A DNA stretch of 64,000 bases, taken from positions 6,301 through 70,300 of IMG/VR virus record IMGVR_UViG_3300047539_000043; one strand, 5' to 3'. The notes under the pieces were generated by a model. That model had not been told where the DNA came from. It was given only the letters and a program-made list of their open reading frames with translations, and did no database searches. This document shows positions 51,149-59,600 of the stretch, one piece after another (the first letter of the stretch is position 1; the number at the start of each line of letters is the position of its first letter). This DNA is from a virus (taxonomy: Duplodnaviria > Caudoviricetes). Position numbers and translations under genes: made by a program.

Positions 51149-51921
51149 GACCAGAACGCGGCCGGAAGATTGTTGAAAATGTCGGGCGGCAAAATGGAGG
51201 TCCGCGGCTCGAATACGACCTTCTTTTTCAGGGAATGTAAACCCGGGGTACCTAAGGCCTCGTCGAACACGGCAGCGCCAGGGATGTCCTCGATAGCCTC
51301 AAAGTCGTACTCAAACTCCGGCAGTTCCAGTTTTTCGTGAATCTGTTCAAGTGTAAGCATAGGATCTCGAGCTAGATCGTCGTATTTAACCATAATCAAA
51401 CGCTTGCCATGGAGCCCGTAATAGGCCTCCTTGGTGGCGTTTAGGGAATAGCCGACCACACCGGTTGCGGGGGCCATTAGCATATCGACCCGCCGATATA
51501 CCGTTGCACCTTGCTCAAGCCCAATAATGGTGCTCAATCGCGTGGGGTGCTTCTGCAGGAGGCGCTCAATGCTGTCCACTACGGCGACCGGATCGCGCAC
51601 GCAGCAGAGGACATAGGCGTCAGGGAAAAGTTCAAGAAGGAGAGATATTTGTCCGCACCACAACCGGTTGGAGTCGAATATGACGTCGGCTTCAATGTCC
51701 GCATAAAATGCAGTGAATAGCCCCCGTAACATACGCACGCGCTGATCGTCGTCAATGAACCAGTGCGATTCGTTATCGCCGGCCATGTTCTTTCGCAGGT
51801 TGACAACGCATTGCCCTAATGGGCTTTGAATACTAGCATGGAAGCGAGAGTTCTGGCGAAGGATCGCCGCCAGCAGCGTCGAACCAGCACGAGGCATCCC
51901 AGAAATAAAATGATAATCCAT
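51145..51921 (-). CDS. sulfotransferase family protein
   Basis: 5'-PSB motif FISGMPRAGSTLL..IL.QN; 3'-PB motif CVRDP..VVDSIE; VKYDDL..DP. Confidence 0.9.
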   Translation of the reverse strand: MDYHFISGMPRAGSTLLAAILRQNSRFHASIQSPLGQCVVNLRKNMAGDNESHWFIDDDQRVRMLRGLFTAFYADIEADVIFDSNRLWCGQISLLLELFPDAYVLCCVRDPVAVVDSIERLLQKHPTRLSTIIGLEQGATVYRRVDMLMAPATGVVGYSLNATKEAYYGLHGKRLIMVKYDDLARDPMLTLEQIHEKLELPEFEYDFEAIEDIPGAAVFDEALGTPGLHSLKKKVVFEPRTSILPPDIFNNLPAAFWS

Positions 51922-51958
51922 AAAAGCATCGTAATTATAAGGTTACTCAATCCCCGGC

Positions 51959-54334
51959 TCATTCAACCCCCGGCGATATGGGGAGTGCATTGGGGCCCTT
52001 TGAAGTTACTACGTTCGTGCGGGGCGCGAGCCCTTGAGGGCCTTGTCCGCCTCCGGTTAAGGTTTTTGGCTGCGTGCCAGATGCCACCCTAGCAGCGTTC
52101 TGCATGTTTGGCAAGCCCCCCGAACGCGGAGGGCCTGGTATCGGAGGGCCCCCAGGACCTGCTGGGCCTGCTGGGCCGCCGCCCTGAGGCGGTATGCCCA
52201 TTCCCGGCTGAGCCGCTGGCGTACCAATGTGCGTGGGGGCCCCTTCGGGCATGCCAGCTCTAGTAGCTAACACTCCCGCTGTAAGCTCCGAAGCAATCTT
52301 CTGTACGCCTGCCTGGACTCCTTGCTGAACTCCTTGCTCCACCTTTTGCTGTAGGGCTTGCTGCTGCGGATTTTGTTGCTGAGCCCGCTGGGCGGCGTCC
52401 ATCTGCGCCAACGTTTCGTCGTTTGGTACAATCTCATCGCCAGACAACCCAAGTCCTTGAGCCACTTCCCGAAGGACCATACCGCGACCCTTGATACCGA
52501 TAATATGAGCGTCCATCGGGTTCGCGGTAGCTTGCAGAAATTCCACCTGGCGCTGTCGTTGCGTTTCTTTTTGAATGGCAACCTGAACTCCATCGACGCT
52601 AACCTTCTCTTCCCCAGTGAGCAGCCCGGTCGTATCTGTGAGCATGATCAGATCGACAAGCTGCAGGAGCGCAGGCTCCATGATGTCGTTATCGATGTTA
52701 GCTGAGACAGTTTGAAGGATTTTAGAACTGTTACCCATCAACATCGCCAAGCCACTCGCGGTGCGCCCAGCCCCACCAGCGCCAGCTTGTCCGCCGACAT
52801 ATTTCGGGATCGCCGACACGTCGTCCGCTATAGAGACAAATTCCTGATACGCGCTCACCAACGCCTGGGTATTGCTCGTCGGCATGAAGAAATCGATCGG
52901 CGGCCGGGCGTTGTTCCCCACCGGGTCGTTCCGGGTGTGCCAGCGCTTCCATGGGTACAAATCCTCTCCGGTCTCGTCGGGGCTCAGTCGGTCATCGTTA
53001 ACCACGACTTGAGGTCCCGAGGATATACTGAGGTTATTAACCAAACCCCGAAGTGTCGCGTTCGACACAATTTGTAGATCATCAAGCATATCTGTAAGTC
53101 CATTACCAATGGGCGTACCCGGGACCTTCTCAAAGCTAGTAATATAGTACGGAGGCCGTTGCCGAGGACTAGGGGACAGCTGGCATTTAATAACGTGCGA
53201 ACCAATGAGCCATGCCTGTACATGGTAATCACGCAACTCGTCGGGTACAGCGAGACCATAATCCTGAAGCATTCGTCCTTGGATGTTGCCATTGAACGCC
53301 ATGCACGCTATTAGCTTGGATCGGTTCCAGGCGGGGTTTTCTTTGTTCTCAAGAACAGCTCGCTCGGCATCAGTAGTATCCCAAAAATCATATAACCCAC
53401 CACGACCATATTCGTCAAGAACAGCTCGGAGCTCGTCTTGATTATAGCCTGGGAGATCGAGGAGATCGTTGAGTTCTGCTCGGGTGAACTTGATTTTTTC
53501 GATGATGTCAGCATTGGCGAAACTCGATACCCCCGGCGTCCACCAAATATCGAACGGTGCCACTCGGCGCCATACGAGCTTTGGCTTCTGCACAATGGTT
53601 GGCTGACCGCCGGCTGGCGGCCAGACGACTTCTGGAATGATCTTGACTTCCGGTCCACAGATAACACCAAACGGGAAGGTTGGCAAGTCGACAAGAAACT
53701 CCGCGAACGCATGATAGAACATGCCCTCGCGCAGGATGTCCTCGATCTTGTTGTCCGAGTCCTTGGCCTGCTGCCCGGCTTTCTTCTTGGCAGCGTCAAG
53801 AGCACTCTCGATCAGTGCCGTGCGCCGCGCCTGCTCGTCTTCCGGATCCGGCGGCTTGCCCTGCGTTTGGGTCACCTGCTGGTTCTCCAGTTGCAGCAGG
53901 GCGTCTATGTTTTGCTGGACCGAGTCCGGGATCTTCGGCGAAGACGGGGGCTTGATGCCCCACGGTCGGGTGTCTCCAAGGTAAATATCTCGAAGCAGCG
54001 AGCTGGCCGCTCGACACTTCTGGGCGATAATGCGTGCGTAGACCTCAGAACCTCCGAAACGTCTAATTTCTCGTAGCTGATTAGCATCATATTGGCCATT
54101 AAAAGTCCTCAAAGCTACCAGCAGGCGTTCGGACCAGCCCGCCGCCGTGTTGCGGTGGTTGCGAAAAATCTCCCATAATCCGCGTATATATCCGGCTAAT
54201 TCCTGTGGAGATTGGGCCGTTTGGGCCTGATTTGCCTGCGCCGTCTGGTTTGCGCGGTCGGCTTCTTGCTGCTGCAGAACGTCTTCAGGGATAACTTGTA
54301 GTACGCCTTGAGTTCCTAACGCCTGATCACTCAC
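51959..54334 (-). CDS. portal protein
   Basis: GGAG SD before GTG 54334. SEVYARII.QKCR.A, PWGIKP, PY.ITSFEKVPG...GNGL.D, NNLSISSGPQVVVN, RTASGLAMLM. Confidence 0.88.
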   Translation of the reverse strand: MSDQALGTQGVLQVIPEDVLQQQEADRANQTAQANQAQTAQSPQELAGYIRGLWEIFRNHRNTAAGWSERLLVALRTFNGQYDANQLREIRRFGGSEVYARIIAQKCRAASSLLRDIYLGDTRPWGIKPPSSPKIPDSVQQNIDALLQLENQQVTQTQGKPPDPEDEQARRTALIESALDAAKKKAGQQAKDSDNKIEDILREGMFYHAFAEFLVDLPTFPFGVICGPEVKIIPEVVWPPAGGQPTIVQKPKLVWRRVAPFDIWWTPGVSSFANADIIEKIKFTRAELNDLLDLPGYNQDELRAVLDEYGRGGLYDFWDTTDAERAVLENKENPAWNRSKLIACMAFNGNIQGRMLQDYGLAVPDELRDYHVQAWLIGSHVIKCQLSPSPRQRPPYYITSFEKVPGTPIGNGLTDMLDDLQIVSNATLRGLVNNLSISSGPQVVVNDDRLSPDETGEDLYPWKRWHTRNDPVGNNARPPIDFFMPTSNTQALVSAYQEFVSIADDVSAIPKYVGGQAGAGGAGRTASGLAMLMGNSSKILQTVSANIDNDIMEPALLQLVDLIMLTDTTGLLTGEEKVSVDGVQVAIQKETQRQRQVEFLQATANPMDAHIIGIKGRGMVLREVAQGLGLSGDEIVPNDETLAQMDAAQRAQQQNPQQQALQQKVEQGVQQGVQAGVQKIASELTAGVLATRAGMPEGAPTHIGTPAAQPGMGIPPQGGGPAGPAGPGGPPIPGPPRSGGLPNMQNAARVASGTQPKTLTGGGQGPQGLAPRTNVVTSKGPNALPISPGVE

Positions 54335-54441
54335 GGTGCTTCTCCACCTCAGCAAGCAGCCGCAAACGGATCGAAATACCTCTTTATCTTTGCTGGGCAC
54401 GAAGACCTCCAAAAGACGTGACCTAGCATATCGATCCCCCC

Positions 54442-54456
54442 TTAGCAAACCGTTAA
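54442..54456. promoter_or_regulatory. CtrA-type box (1 mismatch) in the divergent portal/terS promoter region
   Basis: TTAG-caaaccg-TTAA; on minus followed by N13-GCTAG. Confidence 0.55.
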
Positions 54457-54504
54457 GGGATTAAGCACTTGCGCCCGCTATAATGTCGTGCTAGAGGTAC
54501 CCCA

Positions 54505-54987
54505 ATGGACGAACCCACAGATCCCCATTTAGACTCCCAGAAACTAGCCACGCTGGCAGGAGAACTCGCCAAGGGCACCTTCAACCCGGTCGAGGTCTTG
54601 AAATCCTTCGGCTTGACAGTGGGACAACTAGAGCGCTATATCGCCCCCAATCCGTTCTTTAAACAGGCTTACGATGCCGCGCTCGTTGAATGGAACTCGT
54701 CGACCAGCACTGTCAAGCGCATTAAAACGCGAAGCGCAGCAATTCTGGAAGATAGCCTTCCGGCACTTAGTGCTCGACTTACGGACCATCGGGAAAATCT
54801 CCCTGCTGTTGTCGAGACCGCGAAGCTATTCGCGAAGCTCGCGGGCGCGGGCGAGGAAAAGTCCGTGGCTGGTCCAAGTGATCGCTTCACGATCTCCATC
54901 AACATCGGCTCGAAAAAGATCGAGCAAGTCGTCGAGCCGACGATCGACATAACCCCGCAGCGAGCACTGGAAAGCCCGAATGATTAA
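54505..54987 (+). CDS. putative terminase small subunit
   Basis: GAGG SD; helical 160-aa protein ending FTISINIG; upstream of terL. Confidence 0.65.
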   Translation: MDEPTDPHLDSQKLATLAGELAKGTFNPVEVLKSFGLTVGQLERYIAPNPFFKQAYDAALVEWNSSTSTVKRIKTRSAAILEDSLPALSARLTDHRENLPAVVETAKLFAKLAGAGEEKSVAGPSDRFTISINIGSKKIEQVVEPTIDITPQRALESPND

Positions 54988-55732
54988 ATCGCCCCGCGTG
55001 TTACTGGTTGACATAGAAACGGCGCCAACACTCGGATACTTCTGGGGGAAGCTCTACGACACGAACATTATCGAGATCAAAGACGCATGGTATATGCTCA
55101 GTTACGCTTGGAAATGGCAGGGAGAGAAAAAAACCCATGTGCGCGCACTCAGCGACTATCCGGAATACGATGCCAACCTAGACAACGACTTCTTCCTCGT
55201 CAAAGATCTCCGCAACCTGTTCGACGAAGCAGACGTTCTGATAGCGCACAACGGTGACCGTTTTGATATTCGCAAAGCGCAGGCCAGGATGATCCGCTAC
55301 AAAATGGCGCCGCCGTCGCGCTTCCAGACGATTGACACGCTCAAAGCCGCCCGTAAATATTTTCAATTTGATAGCAACCGACTGGATGCGCTCGGTCAAT
55401 ATTTGAAACTGGGCAGGAAGCTGCCGACAACTGGGTTCGATTTATGGAAACGTACCATGCGCGGAGACCGCAAAGCCTGGGCCATAATGAAGCGCTACAA
55501 TAAGCATGATATAGAGTTGCTGGAAAAAGTGTACGAAGAACTTCGACCGTGGATGACAACACATCCCAATCTCGAACTCTTCCATAGGCCGCATGTGGGC
55601 GCTCTCTGTCCAAATTGCCAATCTTCTCACACAAAACGACGAGGTACTTGGTACAACAAAGCACGCAAGTACGTGCAGCACAGCTGCCAGGATTGCGGGC
55701 ACTGGTTTAAAGGACAGTTAATCAAAACTTAA
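54980..55732 (+). CDS. RNase H-like / DnaQ-type 3'-5' exonuclease with C-terminal Zn ribbon
   Basis: VDIETAP, IAHNGDRFD, IDTL, SNRLD, YNKHDI, CPNC...C.DCG. Confidence 0.85.
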   Translation: MIKSPRVLLVDIETAPTLGYFWGKLYDTNIIEIKDAWYMLSYAWKWQGEKKTHVRALSDYPEYDANLDNDFFLVKDLRNLFDEADVLIAHNGDRFDIRKAQARMIRYKMAPPSRFQTIDTLKAARKYFQFDSNRLDALGQYLKLGRKLPTTGFDLWKRTMRGDRKAWAIMKRYNKHDIELLEKVYEELRPWMTTHPNLELFHRPHVGALCPNCQSSHTKRRGTWYNKARKYVQHSCQDCGHWFKGQLIKT

Positions 55733-55733
55733 C
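55718..55733. promoter_or_regulatory. CtrA-type box (perfect)
   Basis: TTAA-tcaaaac-TTAAC, directly upstream of terL. Confidence 0.7.
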
Positions 55734-55756
55734 GCCGGCCGAACATTTTAGGAGGT

Positions 55757-57232
55757 ATGGGTGACATCAACTTCTCGGCCCCCGACGGAAGTGTCCTCGC
55801 CAAATTCATGGCGTCGGACTCATATGGACGCCTCATTGCTGGCCCGGTTGGAAGCGGCAAGACTACTGCGTGCATTATGGAACTCCTTAGGCGTGCTATT
55901 GAGCAAGAGCCCGCAGAAGACGGAGTGCGATATACTCGTTTTGCGGTTATTAGACAAACTTTCAAGCAGCTCAAAGACACCATCCTCAAAGAGTGTGAAA
56001 ACTGGCTCTCGAGCGACGGCGGTCCGGGCCTCTGGAAAGTCTCAGAAGGCACGTTCCACGTAAAATTCAACGATGTGGTGTCGGAATGGATCTTCATCCC
56101 CCTGGAAGACGCTCAGGATCAAGCACGACTATTGTCGATGCAGCTAACGGCGGCGTGGCTGTCCGAGTGTATCGAAATGAATTTGGACGTTGTGGGGCCG
56201 ATATCTGGCCGATTAGGGCGTTATCCGGCCGGCCGACGTGGAGCGCCAACGTGGCATGGGATGATCGCGGATACGAACATGCCGGCGGAACTAACACCGT
56301 GGCACAAGTTTATGGAAGACTTGCCGTCAAACTGGCAAAAATTCATTCAGCCGTCAGGGCTATCGCCGAACGCGGAGAACCTAAACTATCTTCTGCAGAC
56401 AAAGGAAACGATCAAGCTGCCGCTCGACCACCCCGTAAGACTCGCGCAAGGAAGAACGTATTATGAACAAGCGGTTATACAACATGGTGGCGAAGATCAC
56501 CCTTGGGTCAATCGCTATGTCAAAGCCCAGTACGGAGACGACCCATCCGGGATGGCGGTTTTCAAGGCGTCTTTTCGGCCGAGTTTTCACATTGTCCCTG
56601 ACACGCAACTCATTCCCGGCTATCCTCTCATCATCGGCCAGGATTTCGGTCGCAATCCATGGAGCCTCATCTGCCAGCCAGACCATATGGGGCGTCTCCT
56701 GGTCCATCAGGAAGTCCCAGCGACCAACATCGGTCTAGAGAAACATGTCACCCAGAACCTCAAGCCTCTCCTCCTATCCAACCGGTACATCCAGTTTAAA
56801 GTGGCTGTTGTGGGCGATCCGGCCGGTGTCGCGAAAGACTCGCATTCGGAGGAAACATCTTTCGAGCTCATTAAACGACTTGGCCTGCCGGCTTTCCCTG
56901 CGCCCACGAATGAAATCGACTCGCGGCTACGCGCTGTTGAAGCTCTGCTTGGACGTCAAACAAATGGTGGACCTACGCTACTTATCAACGGCCCAGGGTG
57001 CCCTATGCTATGCCGCGCTATGTCAGGCGGCTATCGCTTTGCAAAGGCGAAGCAGGGCGGCCTCAAGCCGAAGCCGGAAAAGCTCGACGAAGAAGGCTAC
57101 TCGCACGTAGCCGACACGCTGCAATACGTGGCGCTGATCGTCCACGGCAACATGGTCAACTACTACGTCCAGCGCCTCTACGAGAAGAAGCGGACGCCGG
57201 GGCAGCCCGTGTCGTCGCTAGGTTGGACCTAG
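55757..57232 (+). CDS. terL: terminase large subunit
   Basis: AGGAGG SD. Walker A GPVGSGKTT, RFAVIR.T..QL.DT, WLSE, DTN.P, IGQDFG, HVAD.LQY. Confidence 0.93.
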   Translation: MGDINFSAPDGSVLAKFMASDSYGRLIAGPVGSGKTTACIMELLRRAIEQEPAEDGVRYTRFAVIRQTFKQLKDTILKECENWLSSDGGPGLWKVSEGTFHVKFNDVVSEWIFIPLEDAQDQARLLSMQLTAAWLSECIEMNLDVVGPISGRLGRYPAGRRGAPTWHGMIADTNMPAELTPWHKFMEDLPSNWQKFIQPSGLSPNAENLNYLLQTKETIKLPLDHPVRLAQGRTYYEQAVIQHGGEDHPWVNRYVKAQYGDDPSGMAVFKASFRPSFHIVPDTQLIPGYPLIIGQDFGRNPWSLICQPDHMGRLLVHQEVPATNIGLEKHVTQNLKPLLLSNRYIQFKVAVVGDPAGVAKDSHSEETSFELIKRLGLPAFPAPTNEIDSRLRAVEALLGRQTNGGPTLLINGPGCPMLCRAMSGGYRFAKAKQGGLKPKPEKLDEEGYSHVADTLQYVALIVHGNMVNYYVQRLYEKKRTPGQPVSSLGWT

Positions 57233-57522
57233 ATGTGAGCCTTGATCTCATCTTCGAGATGCTGCAGGAACGACTCGCCGGTCGCACCAGTCGGACTGAC
57301 CGGTGGTGTAGGCGCATGGGTGGGCGCTGACACGGCTGGCGCGGTCGAAGCGGGTGTCCCATCAGCATATACCGCGGGACCAACTGCTGGCGCGGGCGCG
57401 TGTGTCACAGCGGCCGGCGCAGTCGCGACGGTCTCTGGAACAGGTTTCGGATCATATTGCGTGCCTACGCCTGGCTGATTAGCCGGGAACACTTGGCCGC
57501 CACGATTAAAAGGTTCACCCAT
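57229..57522 (-). CDS. hypothetical Pro/Ala-rich protein
   Basis: GGGGG SD; converges on terL. Confidence 0.6.
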   Translation of the reverse strand: MGEPFNRGGQVFPANQPGVGTQYDPKPVPETVATAPAAVTHAPAPAVGPAVYADGTPASTAPAVSAPTHAPTPPVSPTGATGESFLQHLEDEIKAHI

Positions 57523-57523
57523 T

Positions 57524-57655
57524 TTACCCCCCTATTGGAGCTGGCCAGAACCAGCCGGTCCAGTATGTCAAAGCGATCGCGACAAGAACTATCAGCACAA
57601 GTGTGCCCGCGATCCGCCGGCGCTCCGCGTACGAAAATCGCCGGCGCTGTTTCAC
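57524..57655 (-). CDS. 43-aa single-pass membrane protein
   Basis: GTG start overlapping the upstream TGA; MKQRRRFSYAERRRIAGTLVLIVLVAIALTYW... Confidence 0.6.
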   Translation of the reverse strand: MKQRRRFSYAERRRIAGTLVLIVLVAIALTYWTGWFWPAPIGG

Positions 57656-57822
57656 CGGTGAACGACAGGTCCGAAGACTTGCCATCCGAGTAACCCAAAC
57701 AGCACGGCATAGAGCAGCGTGCCGCCGATCGCCCACTCGTGGCCCACGTAGCCACCGCCTACAGCAACGCTGAAGACGAGCCACACAACCCACAAAACCC
57801 AGAACAAAAGACCTAAGCTCAT
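57652..57822 (-). CDS. 56-aa two-TM membrane protein (not in ORF track)
   Basis: MSLGLLFWVLWVVWLVFS...GGTLLYAVLFGLLGWQVFGPVVHR; TGATG coupling. Confidence 0.75.
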   Translation of the reverse strand: MSLGLLFWVLWVVWLVFSVAVGGGYVGHEWAIGGTLLYAVLFGLLGWQVFGPVVHR

Positions 57823-57965
57823 CAGATTACTCCCAGTAGGAACAGAATGAGAAGGATGATCAGGATCGTGCCCAAACCAATGCCGGCGCCGCCAGGGCCA
57901 CCAACAAAATGGCCACCGCCGCCGAACAGGATCAGAAGGACGATAATCAAAAGGATGAGGCCCAT
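57822..57965 (-). CDS. DUF3309-like small membrane protein (not in ORF track)
   Basis: AGGAG SD; MGLILLIIVLLILFGGGGHF...GIGLGTILIILLILFLLGVI. Confidence 0.8.
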   Translation of the reverse strand: MGLILLIIVLLILFGGGGHFVGGPGGAGIGLGTILIILLILFLLGVI

Positions 57966-57979
57966 GGGGTTCTCCTATA

Positions 57980-58423
57980 TCACGTTGGGGGGGCGCGTGT
58001 CAAGTCCGCTGCAACAGAGGCGGCAGTGGCACGAGCATCGGCGACGACTGTTTTAGCCTTAGCCCGACCGGCTTCCTCTTTTTCCATTAAGTCCTGGGTT
58101 ACGGCCGCGGCCTCTTTTTCCGCAGCAAGATGTACTTTATTGGCCCCGGCGAGCCCGATCAAGTCCTTATTACGCTGTTGCAAATAGAGCTCATATCGAA
58201 CAGCGTTGGCACGCATTTTAACTAATTTCCGCAGGCGCCAGCGCCGCATCCACACTTGAACCGTAAGACTCTCGCGAATTTGAATGAGATACCAAAATAT
58301 GGCGATAACCGCGGCAAACGGCGGCAACCAACCAGCCAGAGCCGCAGCTATGGTTCCAACGGCCCCTATATCTCCGACAGCCCACAAAATGATTCCAGGT
58401 TTTCCGCCCATTCTATGTGCCAT
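57980..58423 (-). CDS. putative holin-like membrane protein
   Basis: TM segments, AGWLPPFAA.IAIFWYLIQIRESLTVQVW, then a basic/coiled tail. Start uncertain. Confidence 0.55.
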   Translation of the reverse strand: MAHRMGGKPGIILWAVGDIGAVGTIAAALAGWLPPFAAVIAIFWYLIQIRESLTVQVWMRRWRLRKLVKMRANAVRYELYLQQRNKDLIGLAGANKVHLAAEKEAAAVTQDLMEKEEAGRAKAKTVVADARATAASVAADLTRAPPT

Positions 58424-58527
58424 CGTATACATGAGCAATTACCATATGGTAAACGAACCCGCCCCCCTGCCTCTACCCCTACTTGTCTCGAGGGGCAGCT
58501 CAACCGCCTAGATATAGCACAAAAAGG

Positions 58528-58893
58528 TTAATGCTTCGTGTCTTCATCGTCCGGGCATTGTATCAGCAAAGCCATGGCATGGATGAGGTTTTTGCGGCAG
58601 GTCTCGGCATGACCCGTGATAATACCCATCGACTCGTCCAGCTTCGTGTCGGTCAAGGTGCCGGCGGCCAGAGAGGCCCGAACGCCCGATACACTTTCTA
58701 ATCTACCGCACATTTCCGAAAGTTGCAAGGCGGCTTTGGCGGTTTCGAAAAAGGTGTCACGCACGACCTTGCGATCGTACGAGTCCATGAGGACCAGGAG
58801 GGCAGATGTGCGGAGTGTGTTGCCCTCGGCAGCTGATGGGGTAGTCCCCAACATGGAGCAGACGAGGTCCTCGTTAAGAAGCGGCGATGTCAT
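58528..58893 (-). CDS. hypothetical protein
   Basis: Overlaps the end of the wHTH gene; start uncertain. Confidence 0.6.
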   Translation of the reverse strand: MTSPLLNEDLVCSMLGTTPSAAEGNTLRTSALLVLMDSYDRKVVRDTFFETAKAALQLSEMCGRLESVSGVRASLAAGTLTDTKLDESMGIITGHAETCRKNLIHAMALLIQCPDDEDTKH

Positions 58894-59464
58894 GGGGGGC
58901 ACTCTGGACGGCCGCGTGAACTTTGTCAAGTGCGACGTCGCGGTCGACCTTCTCCATGTAGTAGCCGTGGCCCCATAATGTCTTAATAACCTCGTGGCCT
59001 GGCGGCCAGAACGGGCGCAGCTTCTTGCGCAGATTACAAATTATCACATCGACCATCTTCGGGTCCACCGACTCAGGGTTGTCCGGCTGATTTCTACGTA
59101 TCGCACGTTGTGATTCAATCACATTGTGCAGCGTATCCTTGTCGGCCTCTTCTCGCTTGAGCAGGACCACAAGGAAATTCGCCTGGAGCCCGGTGACGTC
59201 GAACGCGCGCCGGCAGGCGATCAGCAGGTCCTTCTCCTGCTCCTTGGACAGCTGTGACGGCAGGTGGTCGGCGCGGCGGGCAGTGGGCGGCCAGTCGGCG
59301 CGAGGCATCTCGGTAACGACGCCACAGTTTATGGCATCCTGAATTACGTTACGAATGGACCCAGACTCGGCGTCCAAGCCGCGGGCAATAACTGCAACCG
59401 GAATACCCTCGTTAGCAAGGCGGGCGATTGACGCTAGAATATCGAATGCTTTATGGTCGCTCAT
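58874..59464 (-). CDS. winged-helix regulator with CtrA-like DNA-binding domain and no receiver domain
   Basis: DPKMVDVIICNLRKKL...IKTLWGHGY, versus the CtrA/OmpR pattern KIIDVFICKLRKKL...IETVWGRGY (recalled, not aligned by software). Confidence 0.8.
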   Translation of the reverse strand: MSDHKAFDILASIARLANEGIPVAVIARGLDAESGSIRNVIQDAINCGVVTEMPRADWPPTARRADHLPSQLSKEQEKDLLIACRRAFDVTGLQANFLVVLLKREEADKDTLHNVIESQRAIRRNQPDNPESVDPKMVDVIICNLRKKLRPFWPPGHEVIKTLWGHGYYMEKVDRDVALDKVHAAVQSAPHDIAAS

Positions 59465-59476
59465 AATTAATCTTTG

Positions 59477-59502
59477 TTATAAAAAGGTTAAGAAAAGGTA
59501 AA
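59477..59502. promoter_or_regulatory. tandem CtrA-type boxes upstream of the wHTH gene
   Basis: TTAT-aaaaagg-TTAA-gaaaagg-TAAA, i.e. TTTA-N7-TTAAC on minus. Confidence 0.55.
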
Positions 59503-59600
59503 CAGACCCGGGGAACCAGTACCCCCATTTGAGCCGCCGGTTTTAAATCGGCGCCCCTACCGGCTCAACCCGGGCCCGCCATAATTCAAGCACGAGATAG

